From Candidatus Cloacimonadales bacterium (GTDB taxonomy: Bacteria > Cloacimonadota > Cloacimonadia > Cloacimonadales > JAIOQZ01): a stretch of DNA of 64,000 nucleotides. The stretch covers positions 1,824,001-1,888,000 of the forward strand of contig CAXXTU010000002.1 in the NCBI GenBank assembly GCA_963662655.2. Reading direction: 5' to 3'. The notes beneath the pieces were generated by a model. That model was not told the DNA's origin, ran no database searches, and saw only the letters and a list, made by a program, of their open reading frames with translations. Below are positions 10,681 through 20,312 of this stretch, one piece after another. The translations under genes and the position numbers were made by a program. How positions within the stretch are numbered: the first letter of the stretch is position 1; every line of letters starts with the position of its first letter.

Positions 10681-11531
10681 TACACACCCTTTTCAGCAAG
10701 CTTCTCTTGCAGGAGAATCATCTGCTCGAGAAAGACAGGATTCTTGTCGTAGAGCGATAGACCGCGCGCGTACGTCTCGGCTATCGAACGCTGGTGCGGT
10801 ACTTTTACCAGGATTTCCACACCTTCCTCGCGGCAATAGCGGACAACATCGTTCTCCTCGCCATCGTCCTTGTTGATGATCACGCCGAAGGGGCGGTCGA
10901 GCTGCCGGACGGTATCCACCGCGAGGGTAAGATCGTGCAGCCCAAAGGGGGTAGGCTCCGTCACCAGCACCACGTAATCGCTGTAGCGTATCGTCTGGAC
11001 AACCGGGCATGATGTTCCGGGCGGTGCGTCGATGATGACAAGCTGTCCCGGGTACTGTTGCTCGATGAATTCGGCGGCCTGCTTGATCAGCGGGACGGCC
11101 ATCTCTTTTCCGATGTTTAATCGTGCCTCGACGAAGCGCAGGCGGTCCTGCCTCGTTTCCGTCAGAGCACCGAGTTCTTCGGGAACCATGACGAGCGCTT
11201 TTTGCGGACAGAATTCCACACACGCGTAGCAACTGTGGCATAACTGCGGGAAGATCATCAGGTGCTTGCCGAGTTGTGTTATCGCGTGGAAATTGCATAC
11301 CTTCCGGCAGATGCCGCAGAGGTCGCAAAGGGATTCGTTCACTTGTGGTACCTCTACGTAGCGCTTTAGCTGCCGCACCTTCTCACCTTGAATGAAAAGA
11401 TGCGAATCGGGCTCCTCGACATCGAAGTCCGTGAGCAAGACATCGCGACTTCTGCTCAGGTATAGTGCGAAATTAACGGAAAGGGTCGTTTTGCCGGTAC
11501 CACCCTTTCCGCTTGCAAATGCTATTCTCAT
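10680..11531 (-). CDS. MinD-superfamily P-loop ATPase with inserted 2x[4Fe-4S] domain (paralog)
   Basis: SGKGGTGKTT, DVEEP, two CxxCxxCxxxC motifs, DAPPGTSCP, TEPTPFGLHDL. Confidence 0.9.
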   Translation of the reverse strand: MRIAFASGKGGTGKTTLSVNFALYLSRSRDVLLTDFDVEEPDSHLFIQGEKVRQLKRYVEVPQVNESLCDLCGICRKVCNFHAITQLGKHLMIFPQLCHSCYACVEFCPQKALVMVPEELGALTETRQDRLRFVEARLNIGKEMAVPLIKQAAEFIEQQYPGQLVIIDAPPGTSCPVVQTIRYSDYVVLVTEPTPFGLHDLTLAVDTVRQLDRPFGVIINKDDGEENDVVRYCREEGVEILVKVPHQRSIAETYARGLSLYDKNPVFLEQMILLQEKLAEKGV

Positions 11532-11533
11532 CG

Positions 11534-11815
11534 TCAGGATTCGTCCAGTTCGTCGCGTTGCTTTTTGTAGAATTCGAGTTGCCGACTCAAGTTACTGATA
11601 ATCGTTTCGAGAAATGATTTATCGTCAGCCCTTCCTGCTCCGGTATCCTGCCCAAACCAGTTCCATCCACGGTTTCTTCGGCCCATACCTCCACGTCGTC
11701 CCATACGATTGAATCCTCTTCCGTAACTCGATCGCTGTCCTGATCCACACGGTCCGAAACCGCCACCGGTCATCGGGCCTTCGCCCATTGGCCCACTGCC
11801 ATCTCTTCCTGGCAT
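11534..11815 (-). CDS. DUF5320-family Gly/Arg-rich protein
   Basis: MPGRDGSGPMGEGPMTGGGFGPC, G/R-rich middle, C-terminal coiled coil; GGAGG SD before ATG 11815. Confidence 0.85.
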   Translation of the reverse strand: MPGRDGSGPMGEGPMTGGGFGPCGSGQRSSYGRGFNRMGRRGGMGRRNRGWNWFGQDTGAGRADDKSFLETIISNLSRQLEFYKKQRDELDES

Positions 11816-11817
11816 AG

Positions 11818-12273
11818 TTACCTCCTGTTTCTGCCGCGACGTCCCCGACAACACCTGCCGTGGCCAAAGTCGCTGGCAAATTCTCTTCGGGTCACCGCCC
11901 CGCATTCGGGGCAGTAGCCGATTTCCTGTTCGATCGCCACGCTGAATCGGTGACCGCAATTGCCGCACTCGAACAAATTGTCTTTGAAATGAATCTGCCC
12001 CCCGTCGATCTCCAACGCCTTGCCTTCCAGGAGGAAGCCGGCTACCTTTTGATGCGCCTTATCCAGAAGACGCGTGAAGGTCGAACGGGAAATTTCCATC
12101 TGCTCGGCAGCCTGCGTATGATCCATCTGCTTGTAATCTGCGAGCCGTACGGCCTCCAGTTCATCGATGGACAACGTGACAGTCTCGAGCTGCTGCGATC
12201 TCAAACCCGCAGGCTTGAAACGCAGGTACTGCGGTGGCTCTTTTACAATGCGGCATTTTTTCGGTCTTGGCAT
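11818..12273 (-). CDS. DUF134-family DNA-binding protein with C-terminal zinc ribbon
   Basis: MPRPKKCR, FKP, ELEAVRLAD, AA..M.ISR.TF; CGNCG...CPECG. Confidence 0.88.
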   Translation of the reverse strand: MPRPKKCRIVKEPPQYLRFKPAGLRSQQLETVTLSIDELEAVRLADYKQMDHTQAAEQMEISRSTFTRLLDKAHQKVAGFLLEGKALEIDGGQIHFKDNLFECGNCGHRFSVAIEQEIGYCPECGAVTRREFASDFGHGRCCRGRRGRNRR

Positions 12274-12303
12274 ATTTCATTCCTTTATCATTCGAGGCAA
12301 TAT

Positions 12304-12328
12304 TGCACCATAGTGCATAATGTGTCAA
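12304..12328 (-). promoter_or_regulatory. Putative -35 (TTGACA) with palindrome TGCAC-N4-GTGCA in the spacer; candidate operator of the DUF134 operon
   Basis: tgtcaa at 12323-12328; tgcaccatagtgca at 12304-12317. Confidence 0.4.
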
Positions 12329-12508
12329 TTTATTTCTGAAACTATCAGCAAGAATACATTAACATGCACAGCTTTAAAACATTGACATGATACAGACGGC
12401 CACTCTTATTTGAGTTATATTGGTTGTGTGGAATATTTGTTAACCTAACCCTTGATATCATCGTGTTTTTGCATCGGACGTGTATTCAATCGAAAACAAG
12501 GATGTATT

Positions 12509-12955
12509 ATGTGGTCAATGCTGGACTTTGTTTTCTTACCTTACTTTGTTATTGCGGCATTCGTGTACGGCACATACAATGAGCATGTTGGAACCGGTAT
12601 TGTAGCAAGCTTATATGCCGGAGTGATCCTGATTGCATACTTCATTGCCCTTAAGCTTTTCTTTTTGCTGGTCATGTTTATCCAGTTCATTGTATGGGTA
12701 ATTTTACCATTGGGGGACAAACTTCAGCATTTGACATTCGAGATTATACTAACCCTCACCAAGCTCTTTGCCATCTTCCTTGCTGAAGGCGTTGTAACTG
12801 AATGTGTAGTAAGCGATCGTCTCAACTTCCTGGACCCCATGACAAATCCTTTTGTTGAGAGATTCAGTGGCATCATCCATATAATCTTCATTGTCGGTGT
12901 TATATTGGATATCTATTTATTGATAAAAACAGGACATCGATTATTCAGACATTAA
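12509..12955 (+). CDS. AT-rich hypothetical membrane protein
   Basis: Hydrophobic ORF, AAGGA SD before ATG 12509, TTGACA upstream at 12382. Confidence 0.6.
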   Translation: MWSMLDFVFLPYFVIAAFVYGTYNEHVGTGIVASLYAGVILIAYFIALKLFFLLVMFIQFIVWVILPLGDKLQHLTFEIILTLTKLFAIFLAEGVVTECVVSDRLNFLDPMTNPFVERFSGIIHIIFIVGVILDIYLLIKTGHRLFRH

Positions 12956-12964
12956 ATCAGATCA

Positions 12965-13366
12965 CTATTTATTATTCACGATTGAGTTCACAAATTCCCC
13001 GATTTTATCCCTCACCTCCCGGAACTTCTCGACTGGCTGCCCGTCCGGATCCTCGAAGCTCTCGTGCAGGCGTTTGCCGACGTTACCAATAAACACGGGG
13101 CAAGTCTCCTTCGCGGCGTCACAAACGGTGAGTACCACATCGAACGACTGATCGAGAAACTGCTTCACGTGCTTCGGTTTGTTATCGGAAAGGTCGATGC
13201 CAGCCTCCTCCATAACCTGAACGGCCAGCGGATGGACGCGCGGTCCGGGATTCGTACCCGCGGAGAACGCCTCGATATCATGATACTGATTGAGGAATCC
13301 TTCCGCCATCTGAGAGCGACATGAGTTTCCCGTGCAGAGTACGAGAATGCGTTTCTTGCTACTCAT
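12965..13366 (-). CDS. arsC: Arsenate reductase, thioredoxin-coupled LMW-PTP type
   Basis: CTGNSCRSQMAEG P-loop, VC....E.CP resolving cysteines, FEDP. Confidence 0.9.
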   Translation of the reverse strand: MSSKKRILVLCTGNSCRSQMAEGFLNQYHDIEAFSAGTNPGPRVHPLAVQVMEEAGIDLSDNKPKHVKQFLDQSFDVVLTVCDAAKETCPVFIGNVGKRLHESFEDPDGQPVEKFREVRDKIGEFVNSIVNNK

Positions 13367-13739
13367 TGCAAATAGCCTTCTCGATTATATCCACAACAAT
13401 CTTCGTATTCTCAGCGTCCGCCGGGCTCTCGCCCTTTGCGAAACCGAGATCGCCAAGCTGGAAATGATGCGTGACTTCCAGATTGTATTTCTCGATGCCC
13501 TGCTTTGCGCAATTCACCGGACAGCCGTCTATCGCGATGATCCCGGGAGCGCTCCCAGCTTTTTCAATGAAGCTGTCCAGCCCTGCGCCAATCCCCGCAA
13601 GACAATGCATGCTACCTGCCCCGCTCAGCGTCAGATATCGTGCTACCCGGTCTGTTAGCGCACCGACATCCGCTCCTCCCGAGCACGAGTAAATGAGCAT
13701 TTTCCCACCTTCATTCTCACAATTACATTTACAAGACAT
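13359..13739 (-). CDS. DGC-domain putative zinc-binding protein
   Basis: CSG.ADVG, CLAGIG, AIDGCP..CA; GGAGG SD before ATG 13739. Confidence 0.85.
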   Translation of the reverse strand: MSCKCNCENEGGKMLIYSCSGGADVGALTDRVARYLTLSGAGSMHCLAGIGAGLDSFIEKAGSAPGIIAIDGCPVNCAKQGIEKYNLEVTHHFQLGDLGFAKGESPADAENTKIVVDIIEKAICNE

Positions 13740-13740
13740 T

Positions 13741-14451
13741 TTATCCTCCAAATACAATATTTTTCAGTAAATCGTAGAGACGGTACAATCCATATAGAAT
13801 CAGAATCGATCCGCTTACATAGCGAAACCATTTTCCCAGGTTACCATGACGGCCAAGCGTTGAGAACCGTTCAAAGGATGTACCCACAACGATGATCACA
13901 ACGCAATGTCCCAGCCCGAATGCCAGGACAATACTCGCGGCGATGGCGATATCTGTAGAGAGCTTCTCGAGAAACATTCCCAGAACCGGAGCCATGAACG
14001 AAAACGTGCAAGGCCCCAGGCCAGTCCCGAAAAGCAAACCGGCGACAAAAATCCCCCAGAAACCTTTCTTGTGTGATTTCAGCGTAAAACCCGGGACAAA
14101 TGGAACCACGCCAAGAGTTGCCAGACCGAAGTAAACCAGCACAGCGATCAGAAAGAACTCTCCGAACAATCCGAGGTTTCCCAACATCATTCCAAGCAAA
14201 CCGGTAATCAGGCCGATTATGAGGATCGATATAAATATGCCGACCGAGAACAGTGTGGACATGATCAGCGTTTCCCGGGCTGTATTCGTTCCCCTGACGG
14301 TCATGTAGCCAAGCATCAACGGAATCCCTGTCAGATGACATGGAGAAAGCAGAACCGATGCGATTCCCCACAGAAACGACCCGAGCATCAAGATTGCACT
14401 CTGACTCGAATATGTCAGTTGCGACAAAGCCTCGAATAGAGCGTTCATCAC
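13741..14451 (-). CDS. ccdA: CcdA/DsbD-type transmembrane electron carrier
   Basis: About six TM helices with SPCHL and GPCTF cysteine motifs. Confidence 0.82.
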   Translation of the reverse strand: MMNALFEALSQLTYSSQSAILMLGSFLWGIASVLLSPCHLTGIPLMLGYMTVRGTNTARETLIMSTLFSVGIFISILIIGLITGLLGMMLGNLGLFGEFFLIAVLVYFGLATLGVVPFVPGFTLKSHKKGFWGIFVAGLLFGTGLGPCTFSFMAPVLGMFLEKLSTDIAIAASIVLAFGLGHCVVIIVVGTSFERFSTLGRHGNLGKWFRYVSGSILILYGLYRLYDLLKNIVFGG

Positions 14452-14852
14452 TTCTTTTCTTTGGGTGCAATACCGCGATCAGCGAACAGTTTTACAATCT
14501 CATCTGTTGCAAAGAATCCCTCGTGCCTGAAGAACTCGCTACCATCCTCATCCAGGAATATCTGTGTGGGAATGAGCCTGACCTGGTATTCCTCGGCGTA
14601 ATGCTTGTGCTCTTTTGTCCATACGTCATAAAAAATCACTTCCACCTGACCCTCGAATTTCGATTCGATTTCCGCCATGACGGGCTTCATCTGCTTGCAT
14701 GGAATACAGCGATCCGAACCCAGCTCAATGAAAGTGACGGTAGGTTTCGTTGCATTTTCTTGTGAGTTCTCTGGCTCATTGTCTTCGGCAAAGAGAGCCG
14801 ATGCGAGCAGAATACATACCGCAAATAGAACAGCAATAACACTGATTTTCAT
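14448..14852 (-). CDS. Exported thioredoxin-family protein
   Basis: Signal peptide, CIPC active site, cis-Pro IPTQ. Confidence 0.88.
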   Translation of the reverse strand: MKISVIAVLFAVCILLASALFAEDNEPENSQENATKPTVTFIELGSDRCIPCKQMKPVMAEIESKFEGQVEVIFYDVWTKEHKHYAEEYQVRLIPTQIFLDEDGSEFFRHEGFFATDEIVKLFADRGIAPKEKK

Positions 14853-14860
14853 TTTACCTC

Positions 14861-16162
14861 CTATGAGAAGAACAACCCGAACAGGTATCCGCTGATCGTT
14901 GCCATCACAATGACCAGTCCCACAAAGACGACGGTCTTCTTGGTTCCCATCACGCTTCTGATAACGAGCATATTGGGCAGACTCAGCGCGGGTCCCGCTA
15001 GCAGCAGGGCCAATGCCGGCCCCTTACCCATGCCGTTTCCGATCAGTCCCTGTAAAATGGGGACCTCCGTGAGTGTCGCGAAGTACATGAACGCCCCCGC
15101 GAACGATGCGAAAAAGTTGGACAGCAGACTGTTGCCGCCCACAGCGCGATCGATCCACGATGAAGGGATCAGCCCCTCTTGCCCGACCCTGCCCAATAGC
15201 AGACCGGCCACCATCACACCGAAAAGGAGTAGTGGCAGAATCTGCCTGGCGAAATCCCATGAGGAGTTGAACCACTCAGCGCCTTCCCCTTTCCCGAAAA
15301 CGAGCACAAGCGAAAGCGCGAGAACGCCTGCGGAGAACGCGAAGACCGGCTGTTCCGGAAGAAGGATCGCAAAGAGAATCACGGGAATCGCGGCAATGAG
15401 TATCTTCCACCACCTCAGTTTGAACCAGCTCACCAGCATCGCGCCGAGTCCCACGGCAAACACAGCCGTGATCAACCACTTCGATTGATAGATAGCGTTC
15501 CAGAGCCCGTGATCGTGCATGGGTTTACCCCAGTTGGCAAAAATGAGAATTCCGGCAAGCGATGCGAAATATAATCCGTTCTGCCAAAGCGGACGCCCCT
15601 CGTCCGTATCGGGCATCGCCATTTGGATTTTCTGGCGTTCACCTTCCTCCTTGCGGAAGATTAGCTGCATCATAACACCGATCACGATGCTAAACACAAC
15701 CGCGCCAATCGCTCGGGCGATACCCAGCTCGAGACCGAGTATCCTCGCGGTGAGGATGATCGCCAAAATATTAACGGCAGGCCCGGCATACAGAAATGCC
15801 ACGGCAGGTCCGAGACCGGCTCCCATCCTGTAGATACCGCTGAACAAAGGCAACACGGTGCACGAGCAAACCGCCAGGACGGAGCCCGATACCGATGCAA
15901 CGCCGTAGGCGACTACCTTCTTTGCCTGTCCGCCGAGATACTTCATCACCGCGGCCTGATTGATGAAGACCGCAATCGCCCCAGCGATGAAAAAGGCCGG
16001 AATCAGGCACAGCAGAACATGTTCACGTGCGTACCACCGGACCAGGTGAAACGACTCCAGTACCGCGTTTTGAAACCGCGCGGAACCCACCGGCAGGAAA
16101 TACGCCACCAGGAATACCGCCGCGATCAGCAGCAGCTTTTTCCACTCCTGTTTCCAATCCAC
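14861..16162 (-). CDS. DUF318/ArsP-family permease
   Basis: GTG start; CLIPAFFIAG, VCSCTVLP, YFATLTEVP, GPALSLP. Confidence 0.88.
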   Translation of the reverse strand: MDWKQEWKKLLLIAAVFLVAYFLPVGSARFQNAVLESFHLVRWYAREHVLLCLIPAFFIAGAIAVFINQAAVMKYLGGQAKKVVAYGVASVSGSVLAVCSCTVLPLFSGIYRMGAGLGPAVAFLYAGPAVNILAIILTARILGLELGIARAIGAVVFSIVIGVMMQLIFRKEEGERQKIQMAMPDTDEGRPLWQNGLYFASLAGILIFANWGKPMHDHGLWNAIYQSKWLITAVFAVGLGAMLVSWFKLRWWKILIAAIPVILFAILLPEQPVFAFSAGVLALSLVLVFGKGEGAEWFNSSWDFARQILPLLLFGVMVAGLLLGRVGQEGLIPSSWIDRAVGGNSLLSNFFASFAGAFMYFATLTEVPILQGLIGNGMGKGPALALLLAGPALSLPNMLVIRSVMGTKKTVVFVGLVIVMATISGYLFGLFFS

Positions 16163-16165
16163 GTT

Positions 16166-16405
16166 TTACCTCTCTTTGCCGATGAACTCTTTCACTTTTT
16201 CCACAGTGAGCACTTTCCCCACGGAAACGACCTTTTCATCGATCACAAGTGCGGGGATCGTCATGACACCATAGGATACTATCTTATCCAGATCCACGAC
16301 CTTCTCCACTTCGATTCCCAACCCAAGTTCCTGGACCGCCTTGATCGTATTGGCCTTGAGTTGCTCACACTTGGTGCAATTGGCTCCGAGTATCTTGATA
16401 TCCAT
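16166..16405 (-). CDS. Small redox-active disulfide protein (thioredoxin-like, MTH895 type)
   Basis: IKILG..CxxC, YGVM.IPALVID. Confidence 0.88.
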   Translation of the reverse strand: MDIKILGANCTKCEQLKANTIKAVQELGLGIEVEKVVDLDKIVSYGVMTIPALVIDEKVVSVGKVLTVEKVKEFIGKER

Positions 16406-16420
16406 TTTCCTCTCCTTCTA

Positions 16421-16738
16421 TCATTGTAATATGTTCTTCGTTCGCTCGATGTTGCTGCGCAATATCGATATTGCCGATTCGTAATAGCGACGGACGCAAT
16501 CGCAGGCAATGCTGTAGTAGACGCAATTCCCCTCGCGCTCGTCACGGATCAATCCGCTGGCTTTCATCTGCTGCAAATGGCGCGATACGGTAGATATATC
16601 GTACTCCACCATCTCCGTAAGCTCTTTGACGCAGTACCTTCCGACAAGCAGTTTTTCCAGCAGGAACAGCCTCACCGGATGCGCCGTAGCCCTGATTATA
16701 GCCGCCAGTTGATCAAACCTGTTTTTATCGTATTCCAT
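16421..16738 (-). CDS. ArsR/SmtB-family repressor
   Basis: AHPVRL, CVKEL, STVSRHL, CDC; AAGGAG SD before ATG 16738. Confidence 0.88.
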   Translation of the reverse strand: MEYDKNRFDQLAAIIRATAHPVRLFLLEKLLVGRYCVKELTEMVEYDISTVSRHLQQMKASGLIRDEREGNCVYYSIACDCVRRYYESAISILRSNIERTKNILQ

Positions 16739-16752
16739 ATCATCTCCTTGCA

Positions 16753-16774
16753 TGTTTGCAATATTTCGCAAACA
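16753..16774. promoter_or_regulatory. Putative ArsR operator (TGTTTGC-N8-GCAAACA)
   Basis: Perfect 7-bp inverted repeat between the minus-strand TTGACA (16781-16786) and the arsR SD. Confidence 0.65.
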
Positions 16775-16953
16775 CGCAGCTGTCAAGCAGTTTTTTGACA
16801 TACCCGGCATTTTCCGGAGATTTTTGTTACGCGGTCGCTCCACGAAAGGTGTGTCAACCTATACTCGTAAGCCTCAGGAACTATATGTGCGGTTAGATAA
16901 ATGGATTGACAATCACTCAATAAAACAATCAAATATCCTTACAAGGAGGAAAC

Positions 16954-17487
16954 ATGGCACTGCGATGCTTATTGGGGCATATATGGGATGGTTGTACATG
17001 CAGCATTTGCGGAAAAGTGCGTGACGTCGATCATCATTGGGACGGTTGCAAATGCTCGAAGTGCGGAAAGATACGCAATACGGAACATACTATTCAATAT
17101 GGATTTTTAAAAGACCATGACGAAAACGATAACAGTTCAGCGCTCTGGTTCACGCTCTGTACAAGATGTGGCAGTAAAATCTATGAGCCACAATTACCTG
17201 AATACATCGAGCCATCATCGCCCCAAGAGATCGATGATTTTCTGCAAGATTATTTTGGTCAGGAATTGCTTACCGATATAACTACCGAGAAGAATTTTAC
17301 TTGTAAGGAAACGATGGATTTTATCGTGGATATCAGCAAGAATCCATACAAGTATAAAAGAGTCACGAAAAAACAGATTGTTTACAGAAATACGGATTCC
17401 AAGACCGGCCACGTTGTGATCGTCTTCCGGATGATAAACAAGCTATTTCAAATTGTTAGAGTCCCTTACCTCGAAGATATATCATGA
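16954..17487 (+). CDS. AT-rich hypothetical protein with repeated H-x-W-D-G-C-x-C-x-x-C-G zinc-binding motifs
   Basis: AAGGAGG SD; GHIWDGCTCSICG, DHHWDGCKCSKCG, CTRCG. Confidence 0.75.
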   Translation: MALRCLLGHIWDGCTCSICGKVRDVDHHWDGCKCSKCGKIRNTEHTIQYGFLKDHDENDNSSALWFTLCTRCGSKIYEPQLPEYIEPSSPQEIDDFLQDYFGQELLTDITTEKNFTCKETMDFIVDISKNPYKYKRVTKKQIVYRNTDSKTGHVVIVFRMINKLFQIVRVPYLEDIS

Positions 17488-17535
17488 GCGTCGCGAGACA
17501 TCTCAGTTCGTTCAATCCCGATCCTGCATGAAGAG

Positions 17536-18555
17536 TTATAAATGCTCCTTCAGCTTCTCCACGAAGGCGTCTATGTCCTCTTTCGTGGTATCCCAGGAGG
17601 TCATCCAGCGGACTTCGGAAGCGGCTTCATCCCACACATAGAAGAATGTTTCTTCCTGCAGTAGGGCAATTCTGTCACGGGGAATGCGCGCAAACACAGC
17701 ATTCACTTCCACCGGACGCGTTAGTGTAACCTGTTCGATCTCTCCCACGCGCTCGGCAAGATACTTCGCCATCGCGTTCGCGTTCTCGGCGTTTTTCAGC
17801 CAAACGCCGTTGGAGAACATCGCCAGGAACTGTGCTGAGATATAGCGCATCTTCGATGCAAGCTGCATGGCTTGCTTGCGAATGTATTTGAAGTTGTCGT
17901 CAGCGTAGGGCGGAAAGAAGATGATCGCCTCGCCGTACATCATACCGTTCTTGGTGCCGCCAAAGGAGACAATGTCCACCCCGCAATCGCGGGTCAATTC
18001 CCTGAAGCTGTAGCCTGTCGCGGCGGCGGCATTGCTGATTCGCGCTCCATCCATGTGGAGGAGAAGATTGTTTCTATGCGCGAACTGAGCAATCTCGTAA
18101 ACTTCCTCCCACGAATACAGCGTTCCGAGCTCGGTGGGCTGGGTAATGGAAATCACCCTGGGCTGGACATGGTGCTCGAAGCCAACCTCCGTTAGATGGT
18201 GGCGGACATCCTCGATGTGAATCTTGCCGTCGTGGCTGGGAACGGTTAGGAGCTTGCAGCCGGTGAATTTCTCTGGAGCGCCACACTCATCAACCTGCAT
18301 GTGCGCAGTCTCTGCACAAATCACCGCTTGCCATGACTGGCATACCGCCTGGATCGAAAGCGTGTTGGCTGCCGTTCCGGTAAACACGAACCAAGCCATG
18401 ATATCCTCGCCGAATATACCCCGGAGCATCTCCATCGCCTGTGCGGTGTATGGATCGTCCCCGTAAGACACCTCGTGATCCATATTGACATCCTGGATCG
18501 CCCTTAGAACTTCCGGATGCACGCCGGAAGCGTTGTCGCTCGCGAACATTCTCAT
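17536..18555 (-). CDS. ltaE: Low-specificity L-threonine aldolase
   Basis: FASDN, YGDD, TGTAAN, HMDGAR, SFGGTKNG (PLP lysine), SKMR. Confidence 0.9.
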   Translation of the reverse strand: MRMFASDNASGVHPEVLRAIQDVNMDHEVSYGDDPYTAQAMEMLRGIFGEDIMAWFVFTGTAANTLSIQAVCQSWQAVICAETAHMQVDECGAPEKFTGCKLLTVPSHDGKIHIEDVRHHLTEVGFEHHVQPRVISITQPTELGTLYSWEEVYEIAQFAHRNNLLLHMDGARISNAAAATGYSFRELTRDCGVDIVSFGGTKNGMMYGEAIIFFPPYADDNFKYIRKQAMQLASKMRYISAQFLAMFSNGVWLKNAENANAMAKYLAERVGEIEQVTLTRPVEVNAVFARIPRDRIALLQEETFFYVWDEAASEVRWMTSWDTTKEDIDAFVEKLKEHL

Positions 18556-19469
18556 TCAGCCCCTCCGATTTCCTTGTATGGGGTCGGATTCCACGGCGGT
18601 TTTTTGGCGACTTTCTTTACTACCGTCGTCTCCGCTTCAACCGGCCTGAAAGAATCCACCTTGATATAGCACGCCATGAAACGATCGATCGCAGGAAGGT
18701 CGTCGTAGGTTTCCATATACTCGTATCGATGATTGTAGATCATGGTTCCTTCGATCAGATAAAACGTGTTTTCTCCAAGCGAAGCAACGGAGGTGGCATC
18801 CGGAAATCCCACACGAATCCCCACGGGGATTGCATATCGCGGATGTTCCGTGGGAATCGACATCCCAAAAATGACCTGATTTTCCGGCAGCTCTGGTTGG
18901 ACCTCCGACGAGTATATCCCCACAAACCGGAATTTATTCGTCCCCACGCGATCGAGCGTAACCGTGCGCTGCGAGAGTTTGGCTCCCTTCCGCCGAGAAT
19001 TCCATTCATCACGGATAATGCCATAAAGCTCTCTCAGATTCAGCTCGCAGACCTCATCCGAATTATAAAAAGGATACTCGATTTTCTCGATTTCATGCTT
19101 CTGCTTCACCACCGCCAGTGTATCGACAATATCGTAATACGTCTCTGAGCTCCGCAGATCCAGATCGACTTCGGCAAGTTCTTCCTCGTCGTATTCCTTA
19201 TCGTACGACATCCGCCAGAAGGCTAGCTGCAAAACGGAAACCATCAGCAGGATCCCGATGATCCACAGAAATATGCGGCTTCGCTGCTCGTCCTTCTTCT
19301 TATCATCAGAACGCATGGCATGGAAAAACTGATCGATTACGACCGCCAGCATCAAGAGGCAGGTAAACGCCAATCCCAAAGGCGGTCTCGGACTCGCTCC
19401 CGTAAGGAACAGAGTGATGATAATCAATGAGAGAAACAGGCTCGTCATAAGGAAAATCGTTTTTTTCAT
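18552..19469 (-). CDS. Hypothetical protein with three N-terminal TM helices and a soluble domain
   Basis: Long ORF translationally coupled to ltaE (ATGA overlap). Confidence 0.7.
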   Translation of the reverse strand: MKKTIFLMTSLFLSLIIITLFLTGASPRPPLGLAFTCLLMLAVVIDQFFHAMRSDDKKKDEQRSRIFLWIIGILLMVSVLQLAFWRMSYDKEYDEEELAEVDLDLRSSETYYDIVDTLAVVKQKHEIEKIEYPFYNSDEVCELNLRELYGIIRDEWNSRRKGAKLSQRTVTLDRVGTNKFRFVGIYSSEVQPELPENQVIFGMSIPTEHPRYAIPVGIRVGFPDATSVASLGENTFYLIEGTMIYNHRYEYMETYDDLPAIDRFMACYIKVDSFRPVEAETTVVKKVAKKPPWNPTPYKEIGGAE

Positions 19470-19489
19470 GTAAATATCCTCTCACATTA

Positions 19490-20233
19490 TTATGAATCAC
19501 TTCCGCTGAAATCAGGCAGGAAGTCGTGCTTGATATGTTTCATACTGCTGTAGATGTTATCCACAACATCGATACTCTTCTGTTCGTGTTGCAAATTTCT
19601 AACCAGTTCACGGATCATTTCCCGCTTTGTCCTGCCGGAGTGAGGGCATTTCTCCTTTACAACCGGAAAATTCCTCTCCCGTGCATACGATTCGATAAGA
19701 TTCTCCGGCACCGTGAAGAATGGCCGTATGATCCGGTACGCGCCGTCAAACAATTCCTGCTTCGGCGTCATCGTGCTGATCTCCCGCGAGAAGATCATGT
19801 TGAGCAGCAGGGTTTCCGTCACGTCGTTCTTGTGATGGCCTAACACGATTGTACGAATACCATGCCTTTCGGCGACCTCGAGGATTCTTCTGCGCCGGAG
19901 TTTGGAGCACTCGTAGCATGGATTCTTCCGACCGGGTAGTTGAGACAGAATATCCTCGTCCACGTGGTGAAATCGGCCGACTTTCGCGCAGTAATCCATG
20001 AATTCCGGCTCGACATCCGTTCCAACATGCACCAGGTCGAATGAAATCGGGAACAGGCGCAGCAGTTCGGGCAAGGCCATGCTGTCCTTGCCGCCGGAAA
20101 CCGCGATCAACACCCTCTCGTCCGGTTCGAAAAGCTGCCAGCGCAGATTCGCATCCGTCACGCGCTCCACAAGAAGTTTCTCCAAACGGCTTTCAGGCTT
20201 CATCGTATTCATAATCGCCAAGTATCCGAACAT
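19490..20233 (-). CDS. ttcA: tRNA 2-thiocytidine synthase TtcA-like PP-loop ATPase
   Basis: SGGKDS, PCYECS..RR, GHH..D..ET, IRP, CP; start uncertain (20203-20233). Confidence 0.82.
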   Translation of the reverse strand: MFGYLAIMNTMKPESRLEKLLVERVTDANLRWQLFEPDERVLIAVSGGKDSMALPELLRLFPISFDLVHVGTDVEPEFMDYCAKVGRFHHVDEDILSQLPGRKNPCYECSKLRRRRILEVAERHGIRTIVLGHHKNDVTETLLLNMIFSREISTMTPKQELFDGAYRIIRPFFTVPENLIESYARERNFPVVKEKCPHSGRTKREMIRELVRNLQHEQKSIDVVDNIYSSMKHIKHDFLPDFSGSDS

Positions 20234-20312
20234 TCCCTTTATCGGTCAAGAATAGAACAAGAAATCTCTTGCGCGAATGCATTCGAATCATCCAAATGCT
20301 TTCGAGGTACCT

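Noticed and set aside
12965..16738. Selenocysteine recoding in the redox operon
   Set aside because: All redox motifs are encoded with Cys in open frames; no in-frame TGA is needed
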